Positions 37,217 through 51,448 are shown, counted from the first letter of the stretch. The stretch is 64,000 nucleotides of DNA from Squalus acanthias (GCA_030390025.1 CM059431.1:104782001-104846000); one strand, 5' to 3'. The notes: generated by a model from the letters alone, not told the origin. Translations and numbers: made by a program.

Positions 37217-38125
37217 GTGTCAGCTGTGGCTCAGTGGGTCGCACTCTCGCCTCTGAGTCAGAAGGTTCACAGTCCCACTCCAGGGACTTGAGCACATAAA
37301 GCTAGGCTGACACTCCAGTGCAAGTGCCGAGGGTGTGCCGCACTGTCGGAGGTGCCGTCTTTCAGATGTGATGTTAAACCGAGGCCCCGTCTGCTCTCTC
37401 AGGTGGATGTAAAAGATCCCACGGCACTATTTCGAAGAAGAGCAGGGGAGTTATCCCCAGTGTCATTCGCTGACCTACATTAGCTCCTGGTTAAGCAGCA
37501 CCTTGATTTCAAAATTCTCATCCTTGTTTTCAAATCTCTTCATGGCCTTGCCCCTCCCTATCTCTGTAATCTCCTTCAACCCCCTGAGATATCTGCTCTG
37601 CGCTCCTCTAATTCTGGCCTCTTGAGCATCCCTAATTATAATCGCTCAACCTTTGGTGGCCGTGCCTTCTGTTACCTAGGCCCTAAATTCTGGAATTCCC
37701 TCCCTAAACCTCACTGCCTCACTACCTCTCTTTCCTCCTTTAAGACGCTCCTTAAAATCTATATCTTTGACCAAGCTTTTGGTCACCTGCCCTAATTTAT
37801 CCTTATGTGGCTTGGTATCACATTTTTTGTCTTAAAATACTCCTGTGAAGCGACTTGGGACGTTTTACTATGTTAAAGGTGCTATATAAATACAAGCTCT
37901 TGTTGTGTCCTGGCCAATATTTATCCTTAACCAACATAGCCAAAACAGATTATCTGGTCATTATCACATTGCTGTTTGTGGGACCTTGCTGTGCGCAAAT
38001 TGGCTGCTGCGTTTCCCACAATACAACAGTGACTCCACTTCAAAAAAAAAAGTTCTTAATTGGCTGTAAAGTGCTTTGAGACGTCTGGTGGTCGTGAAAG
38101 GCGCTATATTAATGCAAGTTTTACT
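37217..38125 (+). mobile_element. Deu-domain SINE interrupted by an L2 3' end (~37466-37905)
   Basis: SINE stops at CCCCAGTGTC and resumes at TGTCCTGGCCAATATTTATCC; L2 sequence in between. Confidence 0.85.
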
Positions 38126-38459
38126 TTCTCTCCATTTTAAGATGCTCCTTAAAACCTACCTCTTTGACCAAGCTTTTGGTCACCTGCTCTAATATCTCCT
38201 CGGTGTCAAATTGTGTCTGATAACGCTCCTGTGAAGCGCCTTGGTGCGTTTTACTCCATTAAAGGCGCTATATAAATCCAAGTTGTTGTTGTTTTTGTAA
38301 AATTAGCTTTTTTAAAAATATGTTTGATGGGCACAAAACTGGTCCTCATGTAGTTTAATTTGTTTTTTTCTCTTGGTTTGCTCCGTCACAACTCTTTCGT
38401 GACTCAGTACAAATCCTGGAGACTTTATGCAAAAAAATATATAGCGCTTGAAATTGAGC

Positions 38460-39125
38460 GTGTCAGTTTCAATGGTAGCACTCTCACCTCGAAGTCAGAA
38501 AGTTGATTTCATGGCTCCACCATTGGTGGCCGTGCCTTCAGTTGCCGAGGCATTAGGCTCCGGAATTCCGTCCCTAAACTGGTCTGGCTCTCTACCTCTC
38601 TCTCCACCTTTAAGACGCTCCTTAAAACCTACCTCTTTGACCAAGCTTTTGGTCACCTGTCCTAATATCTCCTTGTGTGGCTCGGTGGAAATATTGTCTG
38701 ATTACGCACCTGTCATGTGCTTTGGGACGTTTTACTACGTTAAAAGTGCTATATAAATACCATTTGCTGTCGGTTCAAGTCATACTCCAAGCCGTGAGCG
38801 ACATAAGCTAAGCTGACACCTCAACGCAGTACTGAATGAGGGAGTGCTGCATTGTCAGAGGTTTCAGCATTCAGATGAGATGTTAACCAAGGTCCTGTCA
38901 GCCTGTTCGTGTGAACGTAAATGATCCATTGGTGCTATTCAAAGAAGAGCAGGGAGCATTCCCAATGCCTAGGACAAAATCCGTCTCTCAAATTGTTTGT
39001 GGGATCTTGCTGTGTGCAAATCGGCTGCCTAGATTGCCTGTAACGCAACAGGGACTTCATTTCAGGAATATTCCATTGTCTGTGAAACAATTTGGAACGT
39101 CCTAAGGATGTGAAAATTCTTTCTT
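38460..39125 (+). mobile_element. Older SINE interrupted by an L2 3' end (~38505-38770)
   Basis: SINE head 38460-38503; L2 tail; SINE resumes at GGTTCAAGTC ~38772. Confidence 0.75.
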
Positions 39126-39479
39126 TAAATGCACACACTTTAAGAAAGAAATTACAAATTTCTGGACGGTGTGAGACCAGATTTATAAGTGTAATCTTCC
39201 ACGTACAATTAGCTCACAAGCAGGACACTTACTTACATTGCAAATCCCTGTCATTGCATCATCTTCATTCTTAACTTGTGCAGCATTCAAATGTTGACAT
39301 TTTTACAATGGGCTTGTTCATAAACAGAGGCTGATTGAAGAGATTGCAATGCATTTCAAAATGAGTTGTTGTGACTCATCACAATAACTGAGGGAAAGAA
39401 TTCTCTCAATATTGAGATGAAAATCTCAAAACTCACTTGTGCCAACAGAACTCCAGCGCATCAGCCATGTAACGATAAG

Positions 39480-40225
39480 CCCCATTTGGGGCGCTAAATC
39501 AGAAAAGCTGTAAAAGTTGGTGCCAGGTGCTAACCTCTTCCAGCCTTTCTAAAATTCCCACTTATTGCTCCAAGAGGGAAGTGGATCGCTAAATCAAGTG
39601 CTCCACTTCCTTCTTGGAGCGCAAGTTGAGGGAAGTTCGCGACCCGGGGTGCATGGCTCAGCAGCGCTGCGCACTGGGCCACGTGGCGCTCACGCGTTAC
39701 GGGGGCTCTTCCCTGAATTAAAGGGAAGGGCCCCACGCTGCAAACTCTGCAGTTTTTTTAAAACTTACCTGCAGCACCGGGGAGCGGCGGTGCCGCGTGA
39801 TCAAGCAGAGTGCCGGGCTGACCGATCACGGCACAGAGCCCGCGTCCGGAGCAAAAAATAAAATACATTTTTTTCAAAAAAGCCGACATTTTTTTCAGGG
39901 CGGCCTGCCACCTCACCTTTAACTTCCGCCCCGCTAGCGGCCGGGCCGCCCTACTCGCGTCCCCTGCAGCGGTCGCTGCCATTGCCCGGCGCTGCTGCAG
40001 GGGGCCAAGGGGAATTTTTCTGCCGGGGCATTACTGCGGCGATACGCCCGGAGATGGCGTCATGATCTCCGGGCGCATGAGATGGGGGCGCAACCCAATA
40101 GCGCCGCCGCTAACCTCCCGCAGAATTTGGCGGGAGGTGCGATCAGCGCCGTGCCCGGGCGAAAAGGCCTTTGCGCCCCGTTAGCGCCCCCCACGGGAGG
40201 TGCAAAGGAGGAGAATTTCTCCCCC
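39480..40225. mobile_element. GC-rich MITE related to the ends of the 11672 Harbinger
   Basis: Shares CCCCATTTGGGGCGCTAA, GGAAGTGG..CGCTAAATCAAG and GCCCCGTTAGCG..GGAGG.GCAAAGGAG; right TIR AATTTCTCCCCC; left TIR not clear. Confidence 0.8.
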
Positions 40226-41797
40226 AAAGTGCATTAAGTAAAGCAACATCGGCATTTAGGCTTGAGAGAACTCCATTAAAAAGACATTATAAGTTGCTGC
40301 AGGACAACCAGCATTTCGATTCTTTCCCTCTCCATGGGAAACCTTTGCTAGATTTTTCAAGATGGCTCTCAAAGTAGCTTAATAATTTAACGTTGAATTA
40401 AATGATAAAAGTGTCTGTCATCACAATTTATTCTAAGTGATTCCTTCACGCGTGTAAAAATGAATCATAGCTTCAGAAATTCTGTTCCTTTCCTTTTCTG
40501 GAGAGGATTGAATGCCCAGTGTCAAACTCCAATAGTCGCTCAGACCAATGGGAGTGCCTTTTGGCTCTGCTCTTCCCCCATACACATAATGAAGCCTGAA
40601 ATGGGCCAACCAGCCTTGACTGAGCTCGGGTAGGTACTGGGTACGCTTAACTTGTAAAATTGGTTGGCTCGGTGTCTTAATTTTTAATCTGATAACGTGC
40701 CTGTGAAGCGCCCTGGGACGTTTTACTACATTAAAGGCGCTATATAAATGGAAGTTGTTGTCGTTGTATGTCTCAGTTACCCTAACTAGACACACCCGCT
40801 GAGGAACTGGACAAAAACAATATACTGCCAACAATAATCTCCTAATGGGGGCTCCAGTGGCAAATCTAGCTGAGTACCAAGCAATTGCAAATGTCTCTAT
40901 GTCTTGTGAAGCACTTTGTTGGGCAAAAAAGCTCTCCTTTAATGAAGCCAGGGTTAATTTGTTTAAAGCCTCACCTCGCCTCTCAGTTTATTAGATGAAC
41001 AGTTCAGAATGATGGCGGAGTTTAATGAATATATCGACACGCTTAAACTCTGCTAATGAAATAGCTTCATCTACAGTATGATTATTTTCAACAGGCTTGC
41101 AACTAACTAAATTACTCGCTGTTCGCATTTAGAAGAAGTGTGCGTGCTAATAAAAGCATAATTATCTGGGAATACAATGGACCAACCACTGAGAGTTGTC
41201 CTGGTAGCTTACATGAATGTTCGAGGAGAGTTAAATACCCAATGCAAAGTCAGTTAATTGGAACTGTGACATAAACGTTAACCCTTAGAGTGAGGGCATT
41301 GCCATAATATTCATTTCCCCTGTGCTGGCTATTTAAAAAAAAGATTTCAGCGCAAGATCAGATCAACTGTTACAACTAATTTTGCCGCAATTACTATTGC
41401 AGTAATAAAGTGAGGCATTATAATTGGCTTCCTTGTTAATGTAATATCGCTACAAATGTGCTATACCTCTAAATTAATGGAGTCCCCAGCTCCAAAGTGA
41501 TAAAGGTCCCATAAGAAATCAGTTCTGCTCTCTCTCCCCATGCAATAATAGATAAACCTATTCTTAATGTCCATTTACTTCAGTGCTGAACTTTAAGTCA
41601 TGACAAGCTCTAATCCCACTCTGCTCTCCTGATACTAAAGAAATAAATTATTTAGTGTCTTTCATGTCTTGAAGATGTGCCAAAGTGCTCTATGGCCAAT
41701 GGATTACATTTGAGGTGTCATCACTGTTGGTCTGGAGGCAAACACCGCAGTCAAATTGTACACAGCAGTGAGATAACCGGCCAGTTAATCCATTATT

Positions 41798-42058
41798 GAA
41801 ACAAAAGGAAAATAATGCGGATGCAGGAAATCAGAAATGAAAATAGAAAATGCAGGGAAATACTCAGCAGGTCAGGCAGCATCTGTGTTGGGGGAAACAG
41901 AGTTAGCGTTTCAGGTCGATGATATTTCGTCAGAACTGAAAAAGTTAGAGATGTAACAGGTTTTAAGCAAATACAGAGGCTGGGAAAACGGGGCGGGGAG
42001 GAAGAAACAGAAGGGAAGTTCTGTGATAGGGTGGAAGGCAGGTAGAGATTAAATGACA
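41798..42058 (-). mobile_element. Penelope pLTR inserted in an old SINE (~41660-42295), with a degenerate hammerhead at 41901-41937
   Basis: Reverse complement AGTT-CTGACGA-AATATCATCGACCT-GAAA-CGCT-AACT. Confidence 0.8.
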
Positions 42059-42889
42059 AAATCTGTTAGTGATATTGGTTGAGGACTATTTGTTGGCCAA
42101 TTGCACACTCTTTTTCAAATAGTACCATGGGATCTTATACATCCACCTGAGAGAGCAGATGGAACCTTGGTTTAATGTTCCATCTAAAAGATACCACCTC
42201 CAACAATGCAGTACTCACTCAGCACTGCACTAAAGTGTCAACCTAGATTATGTGCTCAAGTCCCAGTGTAGAGCTTGAACCCACAACCTTCTGACATCCA
42301 TGAACAGAACCAATAGCTGGCTGAATTGGAAATGTTATTGGCCCTGGGACTGGGAAGCAAAAGGGTTTGGCTCCACAATGTTCTGAATGGTGATGTGTCT
42401 GACACAGGGTTTCCTATCCCTTAAAAGGTCTGTGGTTAGGGCTAGGTAGTCTCGGTGAAAGAATCAAGTCAACCATAAAGAATGCTTCCATGCACATTTT
42501 CGATGTACATTGTTCTGGCTAGAGATAATCCTGTAGTAGCCATGAGGAGATGCCCATAACCAGTAGCCTAACTATGGTACTTGAAGCAGAACATTGGAAC
42601 TCCTGCTCGGGACCTGTCCCTGATAGCTTGCTGCCCTGGCCACAATTTTTTAGGTGCACGACTGAAAGGCGGAGAGTCTTAAATGGTGACAGTTGGAGGC
42701 ACTCTCACCCTAATATTCCACTACTGGTAAATGTCAGTTCCTCCACTGCAAAGTTCTAACATCAGACTAGAGTCCTTCCAAAATGGTTCTGCTGCCAACG
42801 TGAGAGGACAATGGCCATCACCATAAACACCTACTGATTGGGTGAGAAGAAGTACCGAGTAGCACAATAAGTGATCTCAGTCTAACCAC

Positions 42890-43366
42890 CGCCCCTTGAC
42901 ATTCAACGGCATTACCATTGCCGACTCCCCCACCATCAACATCCTAGGGGGTCACCATTGACCAGAAACTTAACTGGACCAGCCATATAAATACTGTGGC
43001 CACAAGAGCAGGTCAGAAGGTGGGCATTCTGTGGCGAGTGTCTCACCTCCTGACTCCCCAAAGCCTTTCCAACATCGACAAGGCACAAGTCAGGAGTGTG
43101 ATGGAATACTCTCCACTTGCCTGGATGAGTGCAGCTCCAACAACACTCAAGAAGCTCAACACCATTCAGACAAAGCAGCCCGCTTGATTGGCACCCCATC
43201 CACCACCTTAAACATTCATTCCCTCCACCATCGGTGCACCGTGGCTGCAGTGTGTACCATCTACAAAATGCACTGCAGCAACTCGCCAAGGCTTCTTCAA
43301 CAATTCCTCCCAAACCCGCGACCTCTACCACCTAGAAGGACAAGGGCAGCAGGTGCATGGGAACAT
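42890..43366 (+). mobile_element. Non-LTR retrotransposon RT C-terminal fragment
   Basis: ILGVTIDQKLNWTSHINTVATRAGQKVGIL...KAQVRSVMEYSPLAW. Confidence 0.85.
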
Positions 43367-43632
43367 CTTAAAGCTAGCCTGTCATTTTAAAAAGCAGTGT
43401 CTCGCCATTAAAGGGGAACTGCCTTCTAAAATTTATGTCACAGTTCCAATTAACAGGCAACATCTTGATCACATCCAAAATGTGAACTCTGTTTCTCTCT
43501 CCATGGATGCTGCCTGGCCTGCTGAGTATTTCCAGCATTTTCTGTCTTTACAGAGGCCTTCCTTTAGCATCCGAGGCCTTGCATGCATCCAGCAGCACTC
43601 CCTGCGCTCCCTGCTCACTTTGAAAACATTTA

Positions 43633-44193
43633 GGGGAAAATTGGGTCGCGCCCCCTTTGGGACGCTAACTTTGCTGGGGTGCTACTTTTAACACCCCGAA
43701 AAAGTTAATGCCCCCGCACCCGAAATTGAATGGAAGTGCCCTGAGTAGGAGGCGGGGCGTTACTGGAAGCGCTCCCCCTCCCTCTTGGGGCGATCCAGCC
43801 CAATATCGCGGCGCTACGTGCAGCAGCGCTACCCTTGCCGGCACGTCGTGCCGCGGTACTGCAGGCCTTCCTCCCCTTATTAAAGGGGAGGGGACTTGCG
43901 CAGCACGATCCGGGGCCCTGCTGGGCCACCAGTGAGCGGGGTGCCGGCAAAAGAGCCTGGCACTCAAGAGGAGGAGGGCAGAGGGGGCAGGTGCTAGCAG
44001 GTGGCATGCAACAAAAATGGCCGCCCGGCACCTCCCCTTTAAATATCATCGCCACGGCCGCATGTACGCCCCCTGACACTGTCGGACATAGCGTCCGGCA
44101 GTAGGTCAGGGGCGCGACCCAAGTTTGCGGCCGGGGCGCTGCGCACAGCGATGATGGCTAACGGGAGGTGCAAAGCAACCGAATTTTGCCTCC
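43633..44193. mobile_element. GC-rich Harbinger-type MITE with TTA TSD, nested in a remnant of the 21360-type element
   Basis: TIRs GGGGAAAATTGGGT / ACCGAATTTTGCCTCC; TSD TTA; flanks 43555-43630 and 44200-44310 match 23030-23200. Confidence 0.85.
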
Positions 44194-45727
44194 TTAACAT
44201 CCACTGCACCAAGCCACTACTTCAATATGATATAAAAAAAATCCAGTCCAAAAGATTAAATACAAACTTACCTGAAAGATGTGTGTGTCCCTGTGAGTAG
44301 CACTGACAGTGTCTCTGTAGGCCTGCTGCACACTCGCTTTTCTGAGCAAGCTTAGGACCCATCCTTAAACTCAGAGCTGAGGTCCAAGTTTGCAGTGCAT
44401 GGCGTCAATTCGCCATTGCATGACAGCTGACGTCAAGCTCTGCTGTTTTGAATTTCCAGGGCCAATGCTGCCCCCATCTTTTAAAATAGGCTATTCTTAA
44501 ACTCCTTAATCAGGAGGAATTGGTCTTGCTATATTCTCTTCTTTTTCAGAGGCGTGTACTTTATTTCCATATCCTTTTGAAGTTGTCATAAAATGTTTCT
44601 GTCCTCCTTGATATTGTCACTGCAGGTGTATCAGAATAAATGGGCTTAAAAGGATTGATCTAATTGCCTAAGAGTAAGTGCTAGTGTGTTAAAAAACCAG
44701 CCCCCCTAGAATGATCTGAGTGGATATTGTGCAAATTCTTGAGCTGTGACTGTTGGCTCCCATTTGTTTTTGTTGAAGTTACTGACAGCTACTATAATTT
44801 TTATGCATTCTGTCTGTTTGATCTCTTACGATAATCAGCTCTTTCCCCTATTCTGGCATATGACACGCTGCAACTCATTATTGAACGGGTTGAAAGCAAA
44901 ACAGAAGGAGAATTCTCGATCTTAGATCTCTGCATTATGAACAGAAGCTTAGGAACTGAACTCAGTTTCAAAAAGACTGTAGGGGGGTTGGTGAAAAGTT
45001 TGATGGGGAGAGGTGGGATATATAATTCATGTATTTAAAATTATGAGTGAAATTGATAAAATTAATAAAGGACATGTTTTTTGCATTAAATAAAGGGACA
45101 AAAAAAACAGAGGACATGCAAAGTGAAAAATCTATCCTAAGTACAACTGTCAGGGGGTGTACTTTTTTGATCAAAATGCTGATACCTTTTATTGAAGAAA
45201 ATAATAACCTTATTAAATATTTCTGTCTATTTTATTATTGACATGGAGACCTGGAGACCTCAATTATAGGGAACATCGCGTTGCATCGCAGAGAAGCTTC
45301 ATTACAAACAATGGAATTACTTCTTACTAGCTTGAAATTCAGCCCAAAGCTTCTTGACTAGGAAAAACCATGCTGCAGACTAGGAGATCTGCCAATAACG
45401 CGATTCCCCAGAGCCAGCCAACACAGGAGCAGCCCTTAGGCTGGTTTCATGTTGTGCCACCAACTCTTACAATTCAGCTGTTCCAGGTGCTCTCCAGAAC
45501 TGATCAGGGGGATTGACTTAGAATAGAGGAAGACCGTTCTCGAGGGTCTTCAAGTCAGTGATTTAAAAAAAAAATATATACAGTAGTTAGACATTTGATT
45601 TCTTCTATAAAAATGGGGAATACTTTGAAAAAGAAGAACTCCCACCACACTTTCATTCTCCTTTAATTCATGTACTCTTTGAATTGAGAATTTATGGAAT
45701 TAACTGCCAGTGAACGCAACAAATGCA

Positions 45728-46187
45728 GTGTCAGTTGTGGCTCAGTTGGTAGCACCCTCGCCTCTGAGTCAGAAGGTTGTGGGTTCACAGTCCCACTCCA
45801 GGGACTTGAGCATATAAAGCTAGGCTGACACTCCCAGTACAGTGCTGAGGGAGTGCTGCCCTGTCAGAGGTGCCGTCGTTTGGATGAGATGTTAAACCGA
45901 GGTCCCGTCTGCTCTCTCAGGTGAATGCAAAAGATCCCATTGCACTATTTTGAAGAAGAGTAGGGAAGTTCTCCCCGGTGTGCTGGCCAATATTTATCCC
46001 TCAATCAACATCACTAAAAACAGATTATCTAGTCATTATCACATTGCTGTTTGTGGGAGCTTGCTGTGTGCAAACTGACTGCTGCGTTTCCTACATTACA
46101 ACAGTGACTGTACTTCATTGACTGTAAAGCGCTTTGAGATGTCCGGTGGTCGTGAAAGGCGCTATATAAATGCAAGTCTTTCTTTCT
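45728..46187 (+). mobile_element. Deu-domain SINE, full length
   Basis: A-box TGGCTCAGTTGG, B-box-like GGTTCACAGTCC, Deu core, tail AAAGGCGCTATATAAATGCAAGTCTTTCTTT shared with L2. Confidence 0.92.
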
Positions 46188-46687
46188 AAAATTAAGAGGT
46201 CAGAATTGAAATGGACAGATTCCAAATTTATGAATGAACTCTTGGACTGTTGGTCAGTCCATATAAATGCCAGGATTTCTATGCTAAGCAGTTTTGTTTC
46301 CAGCTCATGCAGTCGGTAAGGAAACAGATCCTAATGCTACAATAAAGTTACTCAAATGTTTAAAGTAGCCTGATTTCTGCAATAAAAAAACTATTGAAAT
46401 AAACTGTCTCCTCTTTTCAGCTTTCTCTCTGTCTTCCTTAATTATTATAAACTTACTTTTACTTTATTTCGACGCCTTATTATCATTTTAATCATTTTCC
46501 TCACTGTTTTCAAGTTGCCCACGTTGACGATTGGAGCAACAAGAAAACAACAACCTTGGTTTGGCTGGAAGCCGGCTCACACATCGACTGCTTCAGTCAA
46601 CCAAGGCAGAGGCGTGTAGTGATCGACGTGGTCACATCACGGATACAGGTTAACTTGTGATACCGTTTACTGGCGTTGGGATCAGAT

Positions 46688-47205
46688 CCATAGGAAGGAT
46701 ATATTGGCCTTGGAGGGAGTGCAGCGCAGGTTTACCAGAATGATACCCGGACTCCAAGGGTTAAGTTACGAGGAGAGATTACACAAAATAGGGTTGTACT
46801 CCCTGGAATTTAGAAGGTTAAGGGGTGATCTGATCGAAGTTTTCAAGATATTAAGGGGAACTGATAGGGTAGATAGAGAGAAACTATTTCCGCTGGTTGG
46901 GGATTTTAGGACTTTGGGTCATAGTCTAAAAATTAGAGCCAGACCTTTCAGGAGTGAAATTAGGAAACACTTCGACACACAAAGGGTGGCAGAAGTTTGG
47001 AACTCACTTCCGCAAACGGCAATTGATGCTAGATCAATTGTTAATTTTAAATCGGAGATTGATAGCTTTTTGTTAACCAAAGGTATTAATGGATTCGGGG
47101 CAAAGGCTGGTATATGGAGTTAGGTCACAGATCAGCCATGATCTCATTGAATGGTGGAAAAGACTCGAGGGGATCAATGGCCTCCTCCTGTTCCTACGGT
47201 TCCTA
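46688..47205 (+). mobile_element. CR1 LINE 3' end
   Basis: ORF 46704-47123 LEGVQRRFTRMIPGL...RRLRGDLIEVFKIL. Confidence 0.93.
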
Positions 47206-48179
47206 TCCCCTGCTGGGTTGAGATGTCTCGTCGCGGTGCAATCGCACCCAAACAGGACAACTTGCCCACAGAAGATGAAAGATCCCAAAAGCTGCGGGGA
47301 ACCAGGCAGTAAGAGGCTTCACGTAGAGGTGGGAGGATAATAAAATATTCCCCGCTAATTCAGACCTATTCCTACTTCCTTTATATCTTGTAAATTATTG
47401 AGATTTTCTTTACACTGCTCGCAATGGTTTCTAGAAATAGTTTTGAAAAGTTTTTTTTAAATATTCGAGTTAAAGCGGCACTATTGGCTAAGTGGTTGGC
47501 AGAATAACTCACATTATAACTAACATGACCAATGGAAAATAGTAAAAATATATATTTTTAAAGGATTAAAAAACATCTTAAGCAGCATAGGAAGATTGCC
47601 ACCCTGCTTCAAAAAATTGCTTTTTCTTTTATTGTAAAGACTCCGACCTGTAAATAATATCCTCCCACGAGAATCCTGGCCCCCTTTTCACAAGGGATGG
47701 TGAAACGTGACAGATTCACTATCGCGACTGTCATTTCAGCAGACCAGCAAGACCAGCTAGCTTTGACACACATTAGGGCAGTTCTTGGGGAAAGCTGTCA
47801 TCCACAGGGGATCAGAGCGTATCCTCTTTTTTTAAGAAGTACAAAACATCAGATTTAAATAAACCCCACTGCTAATTGCGAGCTGGAACAAGACCAGAAA
47901 CTAGAATTTGTTTTCCAGAGAACAAAAAAAAAGGAAGAATATGATGAAAAATGTCACGCATTTTTAGAAATATATACATAATTTATTCAGCATTCATTGC
48001 AGGAGAAGTCAAGTCTGACAGCCAATAAGGAATCACCAACAGTATGCTTAGTTTGCTGTGGCAAAGTTAATTTGGCTTGTTGGGTCATGACCATGTGCAG
48101 GTGCGATGAAAACAGCTAGAAAAAACTCCACGGGAAACCAGGATTAAGAAAACAGAAGGAGGATTATCCCAAGGGGTTA

Positions 48180-48628
48180 AAAGAAAGACTTGCATTTATA
48201 TAGCGCCTTTCACAACCACCGGACGTTTCACAGCGCTTTACAGCCAATGAAGTACTTCTGAAGTGTAGTCACTGTTGTAATGTGGGAAACGCGGCAGCCA
48301 AAATTGCACACAGCAAGCTCCCACAAACAGCAATGTGAAAATGACCAGATAATCTGTTTTTGTTATGTTGGTTGAGTGATAAATATTGGCCAGGGCACCA
48401 GGGAGAATTCCCCTGCTCTTCTTCGAAATAGTGCCATGGGATCTTTCACGTCCACCTGAGAGAGCAAACTTCAGATCTGAAAGACGGCACCGCCGACAGT
48501 GCAGCACTCCCTCAGCACTGCACTGGAGTGTTAGCCTAGCTTTATGTGCTCAAGTCCTGGAGTGGGATTTAAACCCACAACCCTTCTGACTCAGACGCAA
48601 GTGTGCTACCAACTGAGCCACAGCTACA
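48180..48628 (-). mobile_element. Deu-domain SINE
   Basis: Tail-to-head match with other copies. Confidence 0.9.
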
Positions 48629-48714
48629 CTGAATGAATGAATGAATGGCTCTACTTCTTTCAGCTTCAAAACAACAGAGGTTTAATTTTAGGTAATTAAC
48701 TGTAAAGAAACACT

Positions 48715-49432
48715 GGCGTTGATTTTTACGGGGGGGGGGGCCGGGCAAGGGGGTGGGTGCACAGGAGCTCCCAAAGCAGGAGGCACATCCGGAGAGTTCG
48801 GGGATGTGGAGTAACGGCAGGGCCTTATTTAAATAAAACTTCCCAGTCGGATTGACTACCTGACTGGCGGGAGGGAGCGGGAATGTGGCGGCAGGAAGCC
48901 GCAGCCGTGAACCCGTGGGAACGATCCCCCAAAATAGAGAGAGGGAAAGAAAGATGGGATAAGAGAGAGAGATATAAAAAACAGAAAGAAAAAGTAAAAC
49001 AAAATTGTTTTCATTTTTTTAATTTCTTAAAATCTCCAACAATAATTAAAATCTGAAGAAATGAGACTCCACACTTTTGAAAGTAAATTTTCAGGGCTAG
49101 AGAGTTTGTTTGGCAGAAATTAAGACTCATCGCACTGTTAAAAATTCACTTACACTTGAATGGACAAACCCTAACTTTTTCTGGCGTATTTCGTGGGTAA
49201 CAGATGGGTAAGTACCCCAACTTCACACCCATCATGTATTGTAATGCCGAGTCGATTGACAAAGTACCGGTGTAGAATAGCTTGCAGAGGAGCAGGGCAA
49301 CTCGGACAGCAACTTCCTGATTTCCGCATTTAACTGCGCATGTGCAGATGCCGGAAGTTGCTGTCCAATTTATTCCTTCATTAAGGTGAGCTCTGATAGC
49401 CTCGCCATTATTCTTACTACAAAATCCAGGCC
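48715..49432 (-). mobile_element. Harbinger-type MITE (family D related)
   Basis: End ACAAAATCCAGGCC; 49100-49430 is reverse-homologous to 28381-29110; hairpin 49304-49366; other end uncertain. Confidence 0.75.
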
Positions 49433-49999
49433 AGAGCTTTTTTCTCTACTGTTTTCAAGTTCTACTCTCTTCTACTCAGCAGATCTGCGCATTTTTTATT
49501 GCTGACACTGCATCTCCAGCAGCACATCATGACTTCATATTAACGGAGAGATGTTTCCTGGCAGCCCTTTCGCTTATTACTGAGTTGCTTCCTCTAATCC
49601 TCTTCTTTTTGGTTTGAGAAACTACACTGTTATTGTGGATAAACACAAGCCAGATTTCACAGTGCTTATTTGGTGTGGCAGCATGTTCATTGAAATATTG
49701 CTTGATGCCATTTGAGGGCATCTTTGTGCATATTTTTCGGGTGTAATGCTCTATAGCTCTACCACCTGTTGAACTAATTCAATAGGATAAATTTCCTTAC
49801 TTTTTCTGTTCCCAGCACAGAACTTTTCTGAGAACAACCCACACAGATTTCCATCAAATTCATTTTCATTCATGCTGCTTATATGTGATAAGGAGGAAAG
49901 TTTACTTCAAATTTTTTATCACATATGGATTGCAGCTGGGTTGGAAGATTTGTATTTAAATATTTGCCTAAGGTGAGCATTGGTGGCGCTTGTGGCCAA

Positions 50000-50820
50000 G
50001 TGACAGCTGTGGCTCAGTGGGCAGCACTCTCATTTCTCAGTCAGAAGGTTGTGGGTTCAAGTCCCACTCCAGAAACTTGAACACAAAAGTCTAGGCTGAC
50101 ACGCCCAAGGGAGTGCTGCACTGTCGGAGGTGCTGTTTTTCAGATGAGACTTAAACCAAGGCCCTATTCGCTCTCTGAGGTGGATGTAAAAGGTCCCACG
50201 GCACTATTTCAAAGAAGTAGCAGGGGATTTATCCCCGGCATCCTAACAATATTTATCCCTCAATCAACATCACTAAAACAGATTATCTGCTCATTTTCAC
50301 ATTGCTGTGTGCAAATTGGCTGCTGTGTTTATTACAATATAGCAGTATCTACGCTTCAAAAAGTACTTCATAGGCTGTAAAGGGCTTTGGGACATCCTGA
50401 GGTTGTTAAAGCCACTATATAAATGAGAGTCCTTTCTTCTAAGTGATAGCCCTCTCATCTCTTGCAGAAGGTTGTGAATTCAAGCCCCATGACACAATTG
50501 ATTATATACTGTAGGCTGACACTTCAGTGCAGCACTAAAGGAGTACTGCATTGACAGAGGAATTCTCTCTTGGATGAGACCTTCAACTGAGATCCCGTTC
50601 AGGTCAATGAAAAGATGTCATGACACTAATTGAAGAAGAGCAGGGCAATTCTCCTGGTGTACTGGCGAACACTCCACCTTCAACCAGAACTACCAAAAAC
50701 AGATTAATTGGACATTTATCTCATGTGCTACTTATGCATAAATTGTCTATTGTGTTTGCTTACATAACATCAGTAACTGCACTTCATTGGCTGTGATGGA
50801 GTTTGGCATGTCCTGAGGAC
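50000..50820 (+). mobile_element. Two tandem Deu-domain SINE copies (younger, then older)
   Basis: Heads at ~50003 and ~50440; Deu core in each. Confidence 0.8.
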
Positions 50821-50824
50821 ATAA

Positions 50825-51448
50825 ATAAGAACATAAGAATTAGGAGCAGGTGTAGGCCATACAGCCATTCAATAAGATCATGGCTGATCTTCGAACCTCT
50901 ACTTTCCCGCCCAACCCCCATATCCCTTGATTCCCCTAGAGTCCAAAAATCTATCTTACTCAACCTTGAATATAATCAACGATTCAGCATTCACAGCCCT
51001 CTGGAGTAGAAATTCCAAAGATTCACAAGCCTCTGAGTGAAGAAATTCCTCCTCATCTCAGTCTTAAATGGCCGACCCCTTATCCTGAGACTGTGCCCCC
51101 CTAGTTCTCGACTCTCCAGCCAGGGGAAACAACCTCTCAGCATCTACCCTAGCAACCCCCCTCAGAATCTTATAAAACATGCTGCATAAATGGAACGTAT
51201 TCTTTCCTTCTGATGGTTTTTTCTCACCCTTCTTTTCAAATACAATTCCAATATCAAAAGCAATATCAAAGCAAATTCAATAGTAACTTTCAAACAGGAA
51301 TTGGATATATCCTTACAAAGGAAAAATGTGTAGGGTTACGGGCAAAGGGCAGGTTGAGTGGGACTAATTGGAGAGCTCTTTCAAAGAGCCGGCACAGGCC
51401 CGATGGGCTGAATATCCTCCTTCTGTGCTGTATGGTTCTATGATTCTA
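50825..51448. mobile_element. CR1 3' ends (minus 50825-51173; plus ~51280-51448)
   Basis: Match other CR1 3'UTR and tail types. Confidence 0.85.

Noticed and set aside
39600..40225. CpG-island promoter of a host gene (also 43633-44193)
   Set aside because: The GC-rich sequence is bounded by TIR-like ends and is homologous to Harbinger subtermini.
45728..45800. tRNA gene
   Set aside because: A and B boxes belong to the tRNA-derived SINE head, which continues into the Deu domain.
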